A stretch of DNA of 64,000 nt, from contig JBFWJC010000004.1 in assembly GCA_050253415.1 (NCBI GenBank), forward strand, positions 32,001 to 96,000, in the 5' to 3' direction. Numbering within the stretch: position 1 is the first letter of the stretch; each line of letters starts with the position of its first letter. A program made the position numbers and the translations under genes. The stretch comes from Pedobacter sp. (GTDB lineage Bacteria > Desulfobacterota > Desulfuromonadia > Desulfuromonadales > Syntrophotaleaceae). Below the pieces are notes generated by a model, which was not told the origin of the DNA, searched no databases, and saw only the letters and a list, made by a program, of their open reading frames with translations. Positions 28,443 through 38,749 of the stretch are shown one piece after another.

Positions 28443-29659
28443 CAGCCGCCGACAGTTCCCGCGATTTTGAAAATCGGCAGATACATGGCAATGACCAGAC
28501 CACCAACGGTGGTCCCAAGAAACAGCATAAGCATCGGTTCCATCATTGCGGTCAGATTACCCACCGCATCATCAACCTCATCGTCATAGAAGTCAGCGAT
28601 TTTATTCAGCATGCTGTCTATGGATCCGGATTGCTCACCAACAGCGATCATCTGACATACCATCGCGGGGAAAACACCTGTTTTTTCGAGAGGTTCTGCA
28701 ATGGTCTTACCTTCACTGATACTCTTTCGAACCTTCATGATGGCACTTTCAACGGTCTTGTTACCGGCAGTTTTGGCTACGATATCAAGACCATCAAGAA
28801 TCGGTACCCCACTGGAAATCATGGTACCCAATGTACGAGAAAATTTAGCAACAGCTACCTTGCGAATAAGCGGCCCGAATACTGGCAATTTAAGAGAATA
28901 AGCATCAACAAGAGCCCGCCCCTTTGGCGTAGCGTAAAACCGTTTAAAAAGAAAGACAAACAACATGAATGCACCGATGATGGCAATAATCCAACTTCTG
29001 ATAAAATCGCTGATATTGATGACAATCTGGGTAGGAACTGGCAGCGCACCGCCGAAATCAGCAAACATTTTTTGAAAAGAAGGAATAACGAACACCATTA
29101 TGACGCCAATGACAATAACTGCGATCCCGACTACCGTGGCGGGGTAGGTCATGGCGCCTTTAACTTTTTTCTTCAGCTTATGCGCTTTTTCCAGATAGGC
29201 AGCCAACCGATTGAGGATGGTATCCAGAATACCGCCGACTTCACCGGCCGCTACCAGGTTAACAAAAAGCTCATCGAATATTTTAGGGTGTTTCTTCAAT
29301 GCATCGGCAAAGGTAGACCCCGACTCGACACTTTCTTTAACCTCTACCAGAACTTTTTTCAGTATTTTATTTTCCTGCTGACGCCCGAGAATATCCAGGC
29401 ATTGAACCAGGGCCAGACCGGCGTCAATCATGGTGGCAAACTGACGGGTAAAGACCACCAGATCCTTGGTGGTTACCTTGCCGCCGAAACCAGGGATGTT
29501 TATATCGACATCCAAGCCCTTGCCACGTTCTTTAATTTTGGCGGGCAGGATACCCTGACGCCGCAGTTGTGCTCCAACTGCCGCCTCGTTGGGCGCTTCC
29601 ATTTCACCCTTTTGCATATCTCCGCTGCGGGTTTTCCCTTCCCACGCAAACTTGGCCAC
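28442..29659 (-). CDS. pilC: Type IV pilus platform protein PilC
   Basis: FTRQFATMIDAG, AGEVGGILD, KGAMTYP, VGEQSG and AMYLPIF; two T2SSF repeats. Confidence 0.95.
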   Translation of the reverse strand: MAKFAWEGKTRSGDMQKGEMEAPNEAAVGAQLRRQGILPAKIKERGKGLDVDINIPGFGGKVTTKDLVVFTRQFATMIDAGLALVQCLDILGRQQENKILKKVLVEVKESVESGSTFADALKKHPKIFDELFVNLVAAGEVGGILDTILNRLAAYLEKAHKLKKKVKGAMTYPATVVGIAVIVIGVIMVFVIPSFQKMFADFGGALPVPTQIVINISDFIRSWIIAIIGAFMLFVFLFKRFYATPKGRALVDAYSLKLPVFGPLIRKVAVAKFSRTLGTMISSGVPILDGLDIVAKTAGNKTVESAIMKVRKSISEGKTIAEPLEKTGVFPAMVCQMIAVGEQSGSIDSMLNKIADFYDDEVDDAVGNLTAMMEPMLMLFLGTTVGGLVIAMYLPIFKIAGTVGG

Positions 29660-29826
29660 GCGCTACCTCCTTTTATACGATCGCTGCATGCTGCAGCCGG
29701 TAGTTGTAATGTCAAACCTATTGGCTGAAGCCGCCGATGCAAACCACATGTCCGTCCACGGGCACGATAAAAAGTCTCTTGATTACGTGTTATGCCTCAG
29801 CCGGACCTGATCTATAAAATCCAGAG

Positions 29827-30951
29827 CTACTGACTAACATGAATCTGTCGTTTGAGAACGGCAGCGGGGTTGGCCATCATTTGCTTAAGTTCGTCCGGCT
29901 CGGGCGACCGCGTCAAAGCCGTGTCTACGGAGATCAATTTTCGGTAGCTGAGCATAAACAAAGACTGATTCATGGTCTGCATACCATAGCGTTCCTGACC
30001 CATTTGCATTTGGGAATAAATCTGATGGATTTTATCGTCACGAATCAGAGCCCGGATGGCTGTATTGGGGACCATGACTTCCAAGGACAGGATTCGACCC
30101 TGCCCTGATGCTTTTGGCAACAGGTTCTGCGAAAGAACACCTTCTAGAACGAAGGACAGTTGAGTACGCACCTGGGATTGTTGATTGGTGGGAAAAACAT
30201 CGACGATACGGTTGATAGTTTGCACACAAGAATTGGTATGCAAAGTAGCAAAGCAAAGATGCCCGGTTTCGGCGATTGTTAAAGCGGCCTCAATGGTTTC
30301 AAGGTCGCGCAATTCGCCAAGCAGAACCACATCGGGGTCCTGGCGCAAAATATACTTCAGCGCTTTCTTAAATGAATGCGTATCGGAACCAACCTCTCGC
30401 TGATTTACCAGACAGTTCTTGTGAGGATGGATATATTCGATCGGATCTTCGATGGTAATAATATGTTCGTGACGATTTTCATTGATGGAATCGATAATGG
30501 AAGCCAAGGTGGTTGACTTGCCACTACCGGTCGGGCCGGTGACCAGCACCAGCCCGCGGGGTTTACGCGACAACTCCTTAACCACAGGCGGCAAGCCCAA
30601 CTCTTCGAAACTTAAAAATTTGTACGGGATCATCCTGAACGCCCCGGCCAAGGCTCCGCGCTGCAGATAAATATTGCCACGGAAACGAGCCAGCCCCTTG
30701 ACACCGAAGGATAGATCGAGTTCGTTTTCTTCCTCGAATTTGCGTTTTTGCATATCCGTCAGGATGCTGTAACAAAGTTGTTTGGTTTCAGCCGGCTGTA
30801 AAGGAGGATGTTTAAGCCCCGTAACCTGCCCATCCACTCGCACCTGAGGTGGCGCACCCGTGGTGATATGAAGATCGGAAGCGCCCATTTCAACCATGGT
30901 CTTCAACAGATCACGAATCCCGAGTTTAACGTGTTGTTCCGATTCCTGCAT
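29827..30951 (-). CDS. pilT: Retraction ATPase PilT
   Basis: ASDLH, GPTGSGKSTT, TIEDPIE, LRQDPD, AETGH, TLHTN, AIRALIRD and GMQT; start codon uncertain. Confidence 0.95.
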   Translation of the reverse strand: MQESEQHVKLGIRDLLKTMVEMGASDLHITTGAPPQVRVDGQVTGLKHPPLQPAETKQLCYSILTDMQKRKFEEENELDLSFGVKGLARFRGNIYLQRGALAGAFRMIPYKFLSFEELGLPPVVKELSRKPRGLVLVTGPTGSGKSTTLASIIDSINENRHEHIITIEDPIEYIHPHKNCLVNQREVGSDTHSFKKALKYILRQDPDVVLLGELRDLETIEAALTIAETGHLCFATLHTNSCVQTINRIVDVFPTNQQSQVRTQLSFVLEGVLSQNLLPKASGQGRILSLEVMVPNTAIRALIRDDKIHQIYSQMQMGQERYGMQTMNQSLFMLSYRKLISVDTALTRSPEPDELKQMMANPAAVLKRQIHVSQ

Positions 30952-31071
30952 ATTTTGAGTAGTCCTCCCCAAATAAAATCTAAATATTAAAGTCGCTCCA
31001 CAAGTGGTAGCTAAGACTTCAATTGGCTGAACATTTAAAGAATCAACAACTTAAGCAGTCTAACCAGCAAC

Positions 31072-32772
31072 TCAATCATCCGACACAGTACAACGCAAGA
31101 CTTCCTCGAAAGAGGTCACGCCTTCTTTGAGTTTAAGCAATGCAGATTGGCGCATGGTCTTGACGCCAAGACGCATCGACTCACGTTTTATCTCAGCCGT
31201 ATTGGCTCCAGCCAGAATCAGCTCCCGAATTTCTTCAAACATGGGCATGACCTGGTAAATACCTACGCGTCCTTTATATCCGGTATTGTTGCAAATATCG
31301 CACCCTACACCGCGATAACAAACATATTCATCGACTTCCTCCGGTGATACCCCGGCATCAATAAGAGCCTGTTTGGGAATTTCTTCCGGCTCTTTGCATT
31401 CCTTACAGACTCGTCGACCCAAACGTTGCGCCGTAATCAGGTTAACCGCGGAAGCGACAAGAAAGGGTTCTATCCCCATGTTAAGCATGCGACTGATGGT
31501 ACTGGGAGCATCATTGGTATGCAAAGTCGACAACACCATATGCCCGGTCAAAGCCGCCTTGATTCCAATTTCTGCAGTTTCAAAGTCACGGATCTCGCCA
31601 ATCATGATGATATCCGGGTCCTGGCGTAAAAAGGAACGTAAGGCGGCGGCAAAGTTGAGTCCGATCTCCTCATGCATGTGCACTTGGTTGATACCGGCAA
31701 AGTTAAATTCGACCGGATCTTCGGCCGTTGAGATATTGAGCGTACTGTCGTTCAGTTCAGCCAGAGCGGAATAGAGAGAAACGGTCTTACCCGATCCGGT
31801 CGGTCCGGTAACCAAGACCATGCCAAAGGGTTTATGAATAGCTTCCTTGAACCATTTAAGAGGCTGTTCGTCGTAACCAAGCTTGGTCATATCGAGTTGC
31901 AGGTTGGACTTATCCAGAAGTCGGCAGACGATTTTTTCACCGAACAGCGTGGGCAGACAACTGACCCGGTAGTCCATATCTTTGCCGCCGGGCAATTTTA
32001 TCTTGATGCGACCATCCTGCGGCAAACGGCGTTCGGCGATATCCATCTCCGCCATGATTTTGATACGTGAGGTGATCGCCGCGCGCAACTTGGTGGGTGG
32101 CTTCATCACCTCATAGAGAACCCCGTCGATACGATAACGCACGCGGAACGATTTTTCATAAGGTTCTATATGAATATCCGAAGCTTTTTTCTTGATGGCG
32201 TCGGTCAAGATGAGATTGACCAATTTAACTACCGGAGCATCTTCGGTAGCCTTTTCCAATGCATGCACGTCGACTTTATCGTCATCGTCCACGATCTCAA
32301 GATCAATATCTTCCAGATCGTCCATGACATCGGCCAGGGTGGCGGATTGGTCGTAATATTTATCGATCGCTTTCTTGATGGCCGACTCGGTGGCGACCAC
32401 CACCTCGATATTAAAACCGGTCATGAATTTAAGATCGTCAATCGCAAACAGATTGGACGGATCATTCATGGCGACGATCAAAGTGGAACCTGCCCGGTTA
32501 ACAGGTACGATCTGATATTTCTGAGATATCTCGGCGGGGACATGACGAACGACATCCGGATCAATTTCAAAGTCATTCAGATTGATGGATGGCACACCAT
32601 ACTGCTTGGACAAAAATGCGGAGAGTTCTTCTTCCTTGACAAACCCCAGACGAACCAGGCAGGTGCCAAGACGCCCACCATTAAGCTTCTGATCTTCCAA
32701 AGCCTGGTTCAATTGCTGGGCACTTATCAGATCGTTGCGAACCAGCAATTCGCCGAGTCGGTTACTTGTCAT
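31072..32772 (-). CDS. pilB: Extension ATPase PilB with N-terminal MshEN motifs
   Basis: Tandem RLG motifs, ASDIHIEP, RRLPQDGR, GPTGSGKT, LRQDPD and a tetracysteine Zn site (CKEC...CDIC). Confidence 0.96.
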   Translation of the reverse strand: MTSNRLGELLVRNDLISAQQLNQALEDQKLNGGRLGTCLVRLGFVKEEELSAFLSKQYGVPSINLNDFEIDPDVVRHVPAEISQKYQIVPVNRAGSTLIVAMNDPSNLFAIDDLKFMTGFNIEVVVATESAIKKAIDKYYDQSATLADVMDDLEDIDLEIVDDDDKVDVHALEKATEDAPVVKLVNLILTDAIKKKASDIHIEPYEKSFRVRYRIDGVLYEVMKPPTKLRAAITSRIKIMAEMDIAERRLPQDGRIKIKLPGGKDMDYRVSCLPTLFGEKIVCRLLDKSNLQLDMTKLGYDEQPLKWFKEAIHKPFGMVLVTGPTGSGKTVSLYSALAELNDSTLNISTAEDPVEFNFAGINQVHMHEEIGLNFAAALRSFLRQDPDIIMIGEIRDFETAEIGIKAALTGHMVLSTLHTNDAPSTISRMLNMGIEPFLVASAVNLITAQRLGRRVCKECKEPEEIPKQALIDAGVSPEEVDEYVCYRGVGCDICNNTGYKGRVGIYQVMPMFEEIRELILAGANTAEIKRESMRLGVKTMRQSALLKLKEGVTSFEEVLRCTVSDD

Positions 32773-32876
32773 GAAAAAAACCTCGGATTACTAAAAGGGA
32801 GCAAAAACTTAAAACAACATAACATTAACTGCCACGCAGATTAGTCAACGGCTTAAAATAAGTCAAGAATTCGTAA

Positions 32877-33737
32877 TTAATTTTTACATGATGATATAAT
32901 CGCCTGTTTCATAACACCTGCCGGGCATTCCCGGCCAGTCCAGATACGAAACGCATCTTCCCCCTGAGCAATGAGCATGCCCAGACCATCTGCGGCCAGA
33001 TGCCCATACTCGCGGGCCGAAGCAACCAGCGGTGTATCAGGTCTGCGATAAACAATGTCATAAACAACGGCGCTGGAATTAAGCTGCATCCACGGAATTT
33101 CCTCAAAAACCTCCCCTTTCATTCCAAGGGAGGTACTATTCAAAAGAAGGTCTACCGATGGGCAGACTTCTGAAAGTTCCACCTCATCCAGTCCCAGTAC
33201 AGCAAAAATCGTTCCCGGAAACAGTTTTCGAAATGACTGCGCCAGGTCTTCAGCTTTTCGCCGGGTACGATTGGCGATACCAATCCACTGCGCCCCCTGT
33301 TCGGCAAGTGCTACCAACGCAGCACGACTGGCACCACCTGCACCAAGCACCAGGATTCGTCGACCCTTTGGTTGGAAACCCAGATCCTGAGAAAGTGACT
33401 TTATGAGACCCGTTTCGTCGGTATTATAACCGACAAGACGACCATCTTCATTTATGACCGTGTTAACAGCGCCGATCATACGCGCCTTGGGATCCAGCTC
33501 ATCAAGGTAAGAAATAATTTTCTCTTTATGGGGGATGGTGACGTTCACCCCACGGATCCCCAAAGCGCGTAAAGCCTCAACAGCCTCTTCAAGTTTTACC
33601 GGCTCAACCATAAAAGGAACGTAAACGGCATCCAAGCCAACGGCCTGCAATGCTGCATTCTGCATAATTGGTGACAGTGAATGCTCAACCGGACAACCAA
33701 AAATACCGAAAACCTTTGTTTTACCTCGAATATTCAT
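32877..33737 (-). CDS. aroE: Shikimate dehydrogenase
   Basis: HSLSP, GVNVTIPHK, GAVNT, GYNTD, LGAGGA and DGLGMLIAQG; ATGA overlap with the ribF stop. Confidence 0.95.
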   Translation of the reverse strand: MNIRGKTKVFGIFGCPVEHSLSPIMQNAALQAVGLDAVYVPFMVEPVKLEEAVEALRALGIRGVNVTIPHKEKIISYLDELDPKARMIGAVNTVINEDGRLVGYNTDETGLIKSLSQDLGFQPKGRRILVLGAGGASRAALVALAEQGAQWIGIANRTRRKAEDLAQSFRKLFPGTIFAVLGLDEVELSEVCPSVDLLLNSTSLGMKGEVFEEIPWMQLNSSAVVYDIVYRRPDTPLVASAREYGHLAADGLGMLIAQGEDAFRIWTGRECPAGVMKQAIISSCKN

Positions 33738-34726
33738 AACTTTTTCTCTCCCCCGGTTGCCGCCTGTCCACAATCGAGGTACTCCCGATATTCAACAATC
33801 TTTGCATCAGGCAATAAAATACGGGCCCGATGAATGTCTTCCCCAATAGCAGCCCTCAAAGCTTCCGGACCATCAAAACATTTTTCATCCCGCAGCCTCT
33901 CGACAAAGTAAACTCTCAGATTTTCGCCGTAAAGATCCGCTTCAAAATCGAGAAGATGAACTTCTATAAATGACCCTGCGGCGCAAAATGTCGGATTCTG
34001 ACCAAGGTTCAAAACACCATCATGCAAAACATCGCCGCGCTTGACCTTTACCGCATAAACCCCGGGGCAGGGCATTAATTCCTTGTCCGTTTTAAGATTG
34101 GCGGTGGGAAAACCGAGCTTGGCACCACGGCCGAAACCGTGCACCACCTTGCCTTCGAAAGTATAATGCCGCCCGAGGACCTCGACTACTTCGCTTACCT
34201 GCCCTTGCCGGATCATCTCCCGCACCCGTGTCGAACTGTACACCTGACCGTGCGTGGCGATCGGTTCCAGTACTTCGACAGTGAACCCGAGATACTCGCC
34301 CATGCGACGAAGCAACTGAATATCCCCGGACCGATCCTTGCCGAACAGATAGTCGTAACCTACCACCAGATGACTGAGCCCGATTTTCTCAACGAGGATC
34401 TCGCGAACAAAGCGGTGGGCGGGAAGTTCAGCCAATTCGCGGGTAAACGGGGCGCAAATCAGCACATCAATACAGGAAGCCTCTATCAATTTTTCCTTTT
34501 CGGGATATGTATTGATCAGAGCAGGGGCATGTTCCGGCGCCACAATTTTCAGTGGATGGGGGACAAAAGTGTAGACAACCGAGGTTCCCCCTACGTCACG
34601 GCTACGCCTGACAACCCGCCGGAAAATTTCGCGGTGCCCCAGATGAATCCCATCGAAATTGCCAATGGTGACAACGGCATTGTCAATAGGGCTGGTCAAT
34701 TCTTCGAGATTATGAATAATTTTCAT
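33734..34726 (-). CDS. ribF: Bifunctional riboflavin kinase / FAD synthetase
   Basis: TIGNFDGIHLGH, TFVPHP, YSSTRVR, GFPTAN and EVHLLDF motifs. Confidence 0.96.
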   Translation of the reverse strand: MKIIHNLEELTSPIDNAVVTIGNFDGIHLGHREIFRRVVRRSRDVGGTSVVYTFVPHPLKIVAPEHAPALINTYPEKEKLIEASCIDVLICAPFTRELAELPAHRFVREILVEKIGLSHLVVGYDYLFGKDRSGDIQLLRRMGEYLGFTVEVLEPIATHGQVYSSTRVREMIRQGQVSEVVEVLGRHYTFEGKVVHGFGRGAKLGFPTANLKTDKELMPCPGVYAVKVKRGDVLHDGVLNLGQNPTFCAAGSFIEVHLLDFEADLYGENLRVYFVERLRDEKCFDGPEALRAAIGEDIHRARILLPDAKIVEYREYLDCGQAATGGEKKL

Positions 34727-34735
34727 GGTTTAAAT

Positions 34736-36898
34736 TCAACGCTTCTTCTTGCTTGACCGGCGTCCGGTACCAGCCGGTGCCACGGAAGGCATCATGCCCT
34801 GCAGTTCAAAATCCAACTCTCGGCGCTCAAGATTGACTTTTACCAGCCGTACGGACAACGCATCGCCAATACGGAAGATTCGACGACGACGCTGACCGAC
34901 CAATCGATGCAACTCCTCGTCAAATTCATAAAAATCGTCTATCAAGGTGGCGATGTGTACCAGCCCCTCGACAAAAATATCCTTCAATTCAACAAAAACT
35001 CCAAAAGGCTGCACGTCGGCAACACAAGCATCGAAGACCTCCCCGATCTTGTCGAGCATAATCTGGCAACGCTTCAGAGCTACTATTTCACGCTCGGCTT
35101 CCATGGCGCGACGTTCCTTCTGAGAGGTAAGGTCGCCGAGCTCCTCCAGCCCCTTAACAGGGGCTGGCACTCCGCGACTGACCAGCGCCTGGCGCAGAAT
35201 ACGATGAACCACCAGATCGGGATAACGCCGGATAGGTGACGTAAAATGGCAATAGCAGTCAGAAGCAAGGCCGAAATGCCCCAGGTTTTCAGAGCTGTAT
35301 CGCGCCTGCTTCATGCTTCGCAACAAAGATTGATTAACCATGCGCTCTTCAGGCCGACCGCGCACCGCTTCAAGCGCACCCTGCAGCGCACTCGGGTGTA
35401 CACCATCCCTGTCCAACACCATACCAACATTAAAGTGAGCCAAAAATGACTGAAAGGCAAAAAGCTTCTCTTCATCCGGGGGCTCATGTATTCGATAAAG
35501 AAGGGGAATATTACGATCAGACAAAAAGGTGGCGACAGCTTCGTTAGCTGCCAGCATGAACTCCTCGATGATACGGTGGGCAACCGTGCGTTCCGCACGA
35601 TGAATCTGATCGGGGTGCCCCTGCAGATCCAGCACAATCTCCGGCTCGGGCAAATCAAAGTCGAGACTACCCCTGCGATAGCGCATTGCCTGCAATCGCA
35701 ACGCAAGCTGTTCCATGACACGCAGTTGCGAGATCAACGCATCGGACAGTTCAGTTGTGGATGCCTCTTCCGCCGCCAGGACGTTTGCTACCTCGCGATA
35801 CGTCAACCGCGCCTTGCTGCGCATGACTGCAGGATAAAACCTGCTTTCAAGCCTCGCCCCCTGCGCATCGAAAAGCATCTCGGCGGTCAGTACCAACCGG
35901 TCTACCTCCGGTTGCAGGGAACAAATACCGTTACTCAAAGCCTCCGGCAGCATGGGCAAACAGGTGCCGGGAAAGTAAACACTTGTGCCCCTGTCCAGGG
36001 CATCGCGATCAAGAGGGCTGCCAGGCTCCACATAGTGGGCCACATCGGCAATCGCCACCCACAGGCGAATAGCACCACCTGGCTCCTGACTTACCGACAC
36101 GGCATCGTCAAAGTCCTTGGCCGTTTCTCCATCGATGGTAACCAGCAACCTGGAACGCAGATCCTCCCTGCCGGCTAAATCCTCCCCGGTAATTGCAACT
36201 GCAACCGATTGTGCCTGTTCCCAGGCTGCAACGGAAAATTCTCGAGGGAGATTGTACTTGTGGGCAACAGCCAGGATTTCGACCGCGGGATCAGTGGGGT
36301 CACCCAGCACCTCAAGGATAGAACCAACAGGAGGATGCTGTCGATCAGGATAACGATCGATGGCGACCACTACCAGGTATCCCGGCTGGATATCGGGAGG
36401 GGGAGAGGCAGAAAGCAGAATGGCTTGGGTCAATGCGGGATCGTTCGGCAGTACAATTCCCGGCCCCGGACCTGGCCGATACGTGCCGACAATCTGTTGA
36501 TGAGCCCGCTCCAAAACACGCATAATGCGCCCTTCAAAGCCGCCCCGCGATGAGCGTTGCACACGAACGGCAACCCGGTCCCCGTTCATGACTTCGCGCA
36601 TATACCTGGCCGGGACAAAGACATCGGGGCGGTTTTTGTCTTCAGGAACAACAAAACCATACCCCTGTCGATGGACCGAGACCTTGCCAACCACCGTATC
36701 GGTCGACCTTGCTACGGCATAAAGATCTCTTCTCACTCGGCGCACCAAGCCTTCCTCCACCATGGAATCCATCAAATGCAGGGCATGCTGACGTTCACCA
36801 CGTGAAAGTTTAAAATGAGAAAGGATCTGACGACCGGAAAGGGGGATCCCCCGGCTTTGACTCAATATTTTCAAAAGATCATCGGGCGTAAGGTTCAT
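34736..36898 (-). CDS. rnr: Ribonuclease R
   Basis: N-terminal HTH and cold-shock domains, RNB domain (TIDGETAKDFDDA, HFTSPIRRYPDL), S1 domain and a basic tail. Confidence 0.93.
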   Translation of the reverse strand: MNLTPDDLLKILSQSRGIPLSGRQILSHFKLSRGERQHALHLMDSMVEEGLVRRVRRDLYAVARSTDTVVGKVSVHRQGYGFVVPEDKNRPDVFVPARYMREVMNGDRVAVRVQRSSRGGFEGRIMRVLERAHQQIVGTYRPGPGPGIVLPNDPALTQAILLSASPPPDIQPGYLVVVAIDRYPDRQHPPVGSILEVLGDPTDPAVEILAVAHKYNLPREFSVAAWEQAQSVAVAITGEDLAGREDLRSRLLVTIDGETAKDFDDAVSVSQEPGGAIRLWVAIADVAHYVEPGSPLDRDALDRGTSVYFPGTCLPMLPEALSNGICSLQPEVDRLVLTAEMLFDAQGARLESRFYPAVMRSKARLTYREVANVLAAEEASTTELSDALISQLRVMEQLALRLQAMRYRRGSLDFDLPEPEIVLDLQGHPDQIHRAERTVAHRIIEEFMLAANEAVATFLSDRNIPLLYRIHEPPDEEKLFAFQSFLAHFNVGMVLDRDGVHPSALQGALEAVRGRPEERMVNQSLLRSMKQARYSSENLGHFGLASDCYCHFTSPIRRYPDLVVHRILRQALVSRGVPAPVKGLEELGDLTSQKERRAMEAEREIVALKRCQIMLDKIGEVFDACVADVQPFGVFVELKDIFVEGLVHIATLIDDFYEFDEELHRLVGQRRRRIFRIGDALSVRLVKVNLERRELDFELQGMMPSVAPAGTGRRSSKKKR

Positions 36899-36977
36899 AT
36901 AAAAGTAAAACCTTTATTGTTCCTGCTGAAGCGACACACTCCTATCGAACAACCCGAATTCCGGCAGATGGATAACT

Positions 36978-38327
36978 TCAATCTTCGACCGTCTCGCCGC
37001 GGACGATTTGGTTTACCACCAGGCCACTTAACAGTTTGGGATAGAAATACGTCGATTTTTGCGGCATTTTTTCACCGGCGTTAGCCACATCCCTGACCTG
37101 TACCATGCGTGTTGCATTCATCAAGAAAGCCAGCTGGTATTGCCCTGACTGCACCAAGGAGAAAGGCTCATCAAAATTTTTCACATACTTGAGGTTGGTC
37201 TGCCGCTCCTGAGCTTCAGGGGTTATATGCAGCATTTTTTCCAGGACAAGTCGGTGCAACACCGAGACATCGAGGGTCCGCAGGGCCTTGGATGCTTTTT
37301 CATCGAAGAAAACATCCATACAGGTCGCATCCTTGAGGGTCAAAACATAAAGAGTACGCCCACCGGCAAAAAGACCGATAGTGGGCCTATCCTCACCTTT
37401 ATTCTGAAGGATATCGCGCGCTTCACGACGTGATTGTGCCTCGTCCGGATCTACGGTATGTGCTTCAACTTCAAAATAGACACTTAATTCAGACAGAAAC
37501 GGCTCGAGCCGAAAGGATTCCAAACCATAAACCAGGCGGTGGGTAGGAAAAATCGACATGCCCTGGTCTTCCATATTGGCAAAATACATCAGAACATAAT
37601 TAAAAAGTTCCTTGCCACTGAAATCCTCACATTGCTGCCTTCTGAAATCCCGATAGTTCAAGGCAGTCTCATAACGATGATGGCCATCCGCGATAAAAAG
37701 TGGCTTTTTTTCAAGTAAATCGCAAACTTTACCAATGACAGTGCAATCGGTTACCTGCCACAAGCGATGAATAACCCCATCTTCGTCGGTCACCTCGACA
37801 TCCGGAGTACGTTTTTTGAGTTCCCAAGTCAGAGCCTCCTGAACGCAGCAGGGATCGGAATATAATCCGAATATAGGACTAAAATTGGCTTCGCAGGCCT
37901 TGGTCAATTTCAACCGATCCGCCTTTGGTCCGGAAAGGGTCTTTTCATGGGGCTTGACCATGCCGGTGGCAAAATCCTCCAGGCGCGCCAAAGCGATAAA
38001 CCCCTTGCGAACCACTGTCCCTACCCCTTCGACAGCATATTCTTCATCATACAGGTAGATGGACGGTTGATCGTCCCGGACAAGAACGTCATCCGCCAAC
38101 CACTGCCGGAAAAAACCTGCCGCCCTGGTATAACGGTTATTGCTCTCATCATCGCTGTCTTCTACCTTGCCTAAAATAAGACGAACGATATTAAAGGGAC
38201 TGCGCTGATACAAGTCTTCCTGCAACTCAGGAGAGATGACATCATACGGAGGCGCCGTAACGCGAGCAGGATCCTGGATTTTCTCAAGATTATAGCGGAC
38301 GGCCCTAAACGGATTGATTTTTGCCAT
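36978..38327 (-). CDS. DUF1015 family protein
   Basis: PFRAVRY, APPYDVIS, PHEKT, FIADGHHRYETA and MPQKSTYFYPK motifs. Confidence 0.88.
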   Translation of the reverse strand: MAKINPFRAVRYNLEKIQDPARVTAPPYDVISPELQEDLYQRSPFNIVRLILGKVEDSDDESNNRYTRAAGFFRQWLADDVLVRDDQPSIYLYDEEYAVEGVGTVVRKGFIALARLEDFATGMVKPHEKTLSGPKADRLKLTKACEANFSPIFGLYSDPCCVQEALTWELKKRTPDVEVTDEDGVIHRLWQVTDCTVIGKVCDLLEKKPLFIADGHHRYETALNYRDFRRQQCEDFSGKELFNYVLMYFANMEDQGMSIFPTHRLVYGLESFRLEPFLSELSVYFEVEAHTVDPDEAQSRREARDILQNKGEDRPTIGLFAGGRTLYVLTLKDATCMDVFFDEKASKALRTLDVSVLHRLVLEKMLHITPEAQERQTNLKYVKNFDEPFSLVQSGQYQLAFLMNATRMVQVRDVANAGEKMPQKSTYFYPKLLSGLVVNQIVRGETVED

Positions 38328-38376
38328 ACGTCCAGACTCCCTTGCGATTCGGGTTTACGAGCTAAGCAAAATCATT

Positions 38377-38406
38377 ACTATACGCAAGGGGTCTTCATTG
38401 TGGCAA
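38377..38406 (-). promoter_or_regulatory. Possible sigma70 promoter for DUF1015-rnr-ribF-aroE
   Basis: Minus strand TTGCCA-N18-TATAGT about 50 nt upstream of the DUF1015 start. Confidence 0.4.
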
Positions 38407-38658
38407 GAATTTTTCTTTAATCGGCCGATTCCACAAAGGACTTAATAATAGGCTTGAATGGATACCAACAATAATATTTATAATATTTCGCAATTCAACA
38501 TCCCTTATTTGGGAGAATTTTAGTCGCCATTAACCCTACAGGTTATTTTCACCATTCCCACGAACAGAATCGCTGAAACTCCTTGGTCATCAAATTAAGG
38601 TATTCTTTGCCTTATGGACGCTTGTCTCTTTCCATAAGACACCCCACCAGCCTGACTG

Positions 38659-38701
38659 AAAAACAAAAAGGGGCGAAACGGTTGAAACCGTTTCGCCCCT
38701 T
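38659..38701 (-). terminator. Intrinsic terminator after PilY1 cassette 2
   Basis: 16-bp perfect inverted repeat AAGGGGCGAAACGGTT / AACCGTTTCGCCCCTT followed by T runs on the minus strand. Confidence 0.85.
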
Positions 38702-38749
38702 CATCCTGCAGGTTATGTTTTCCCAGATTTGAAAAAAAATGCTGTTACA

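Noticed and set aside
28631..29728. 365 aa plus-strand ORF
   Set aside because: Antisense shadow of pilC with no recognisable motifs.
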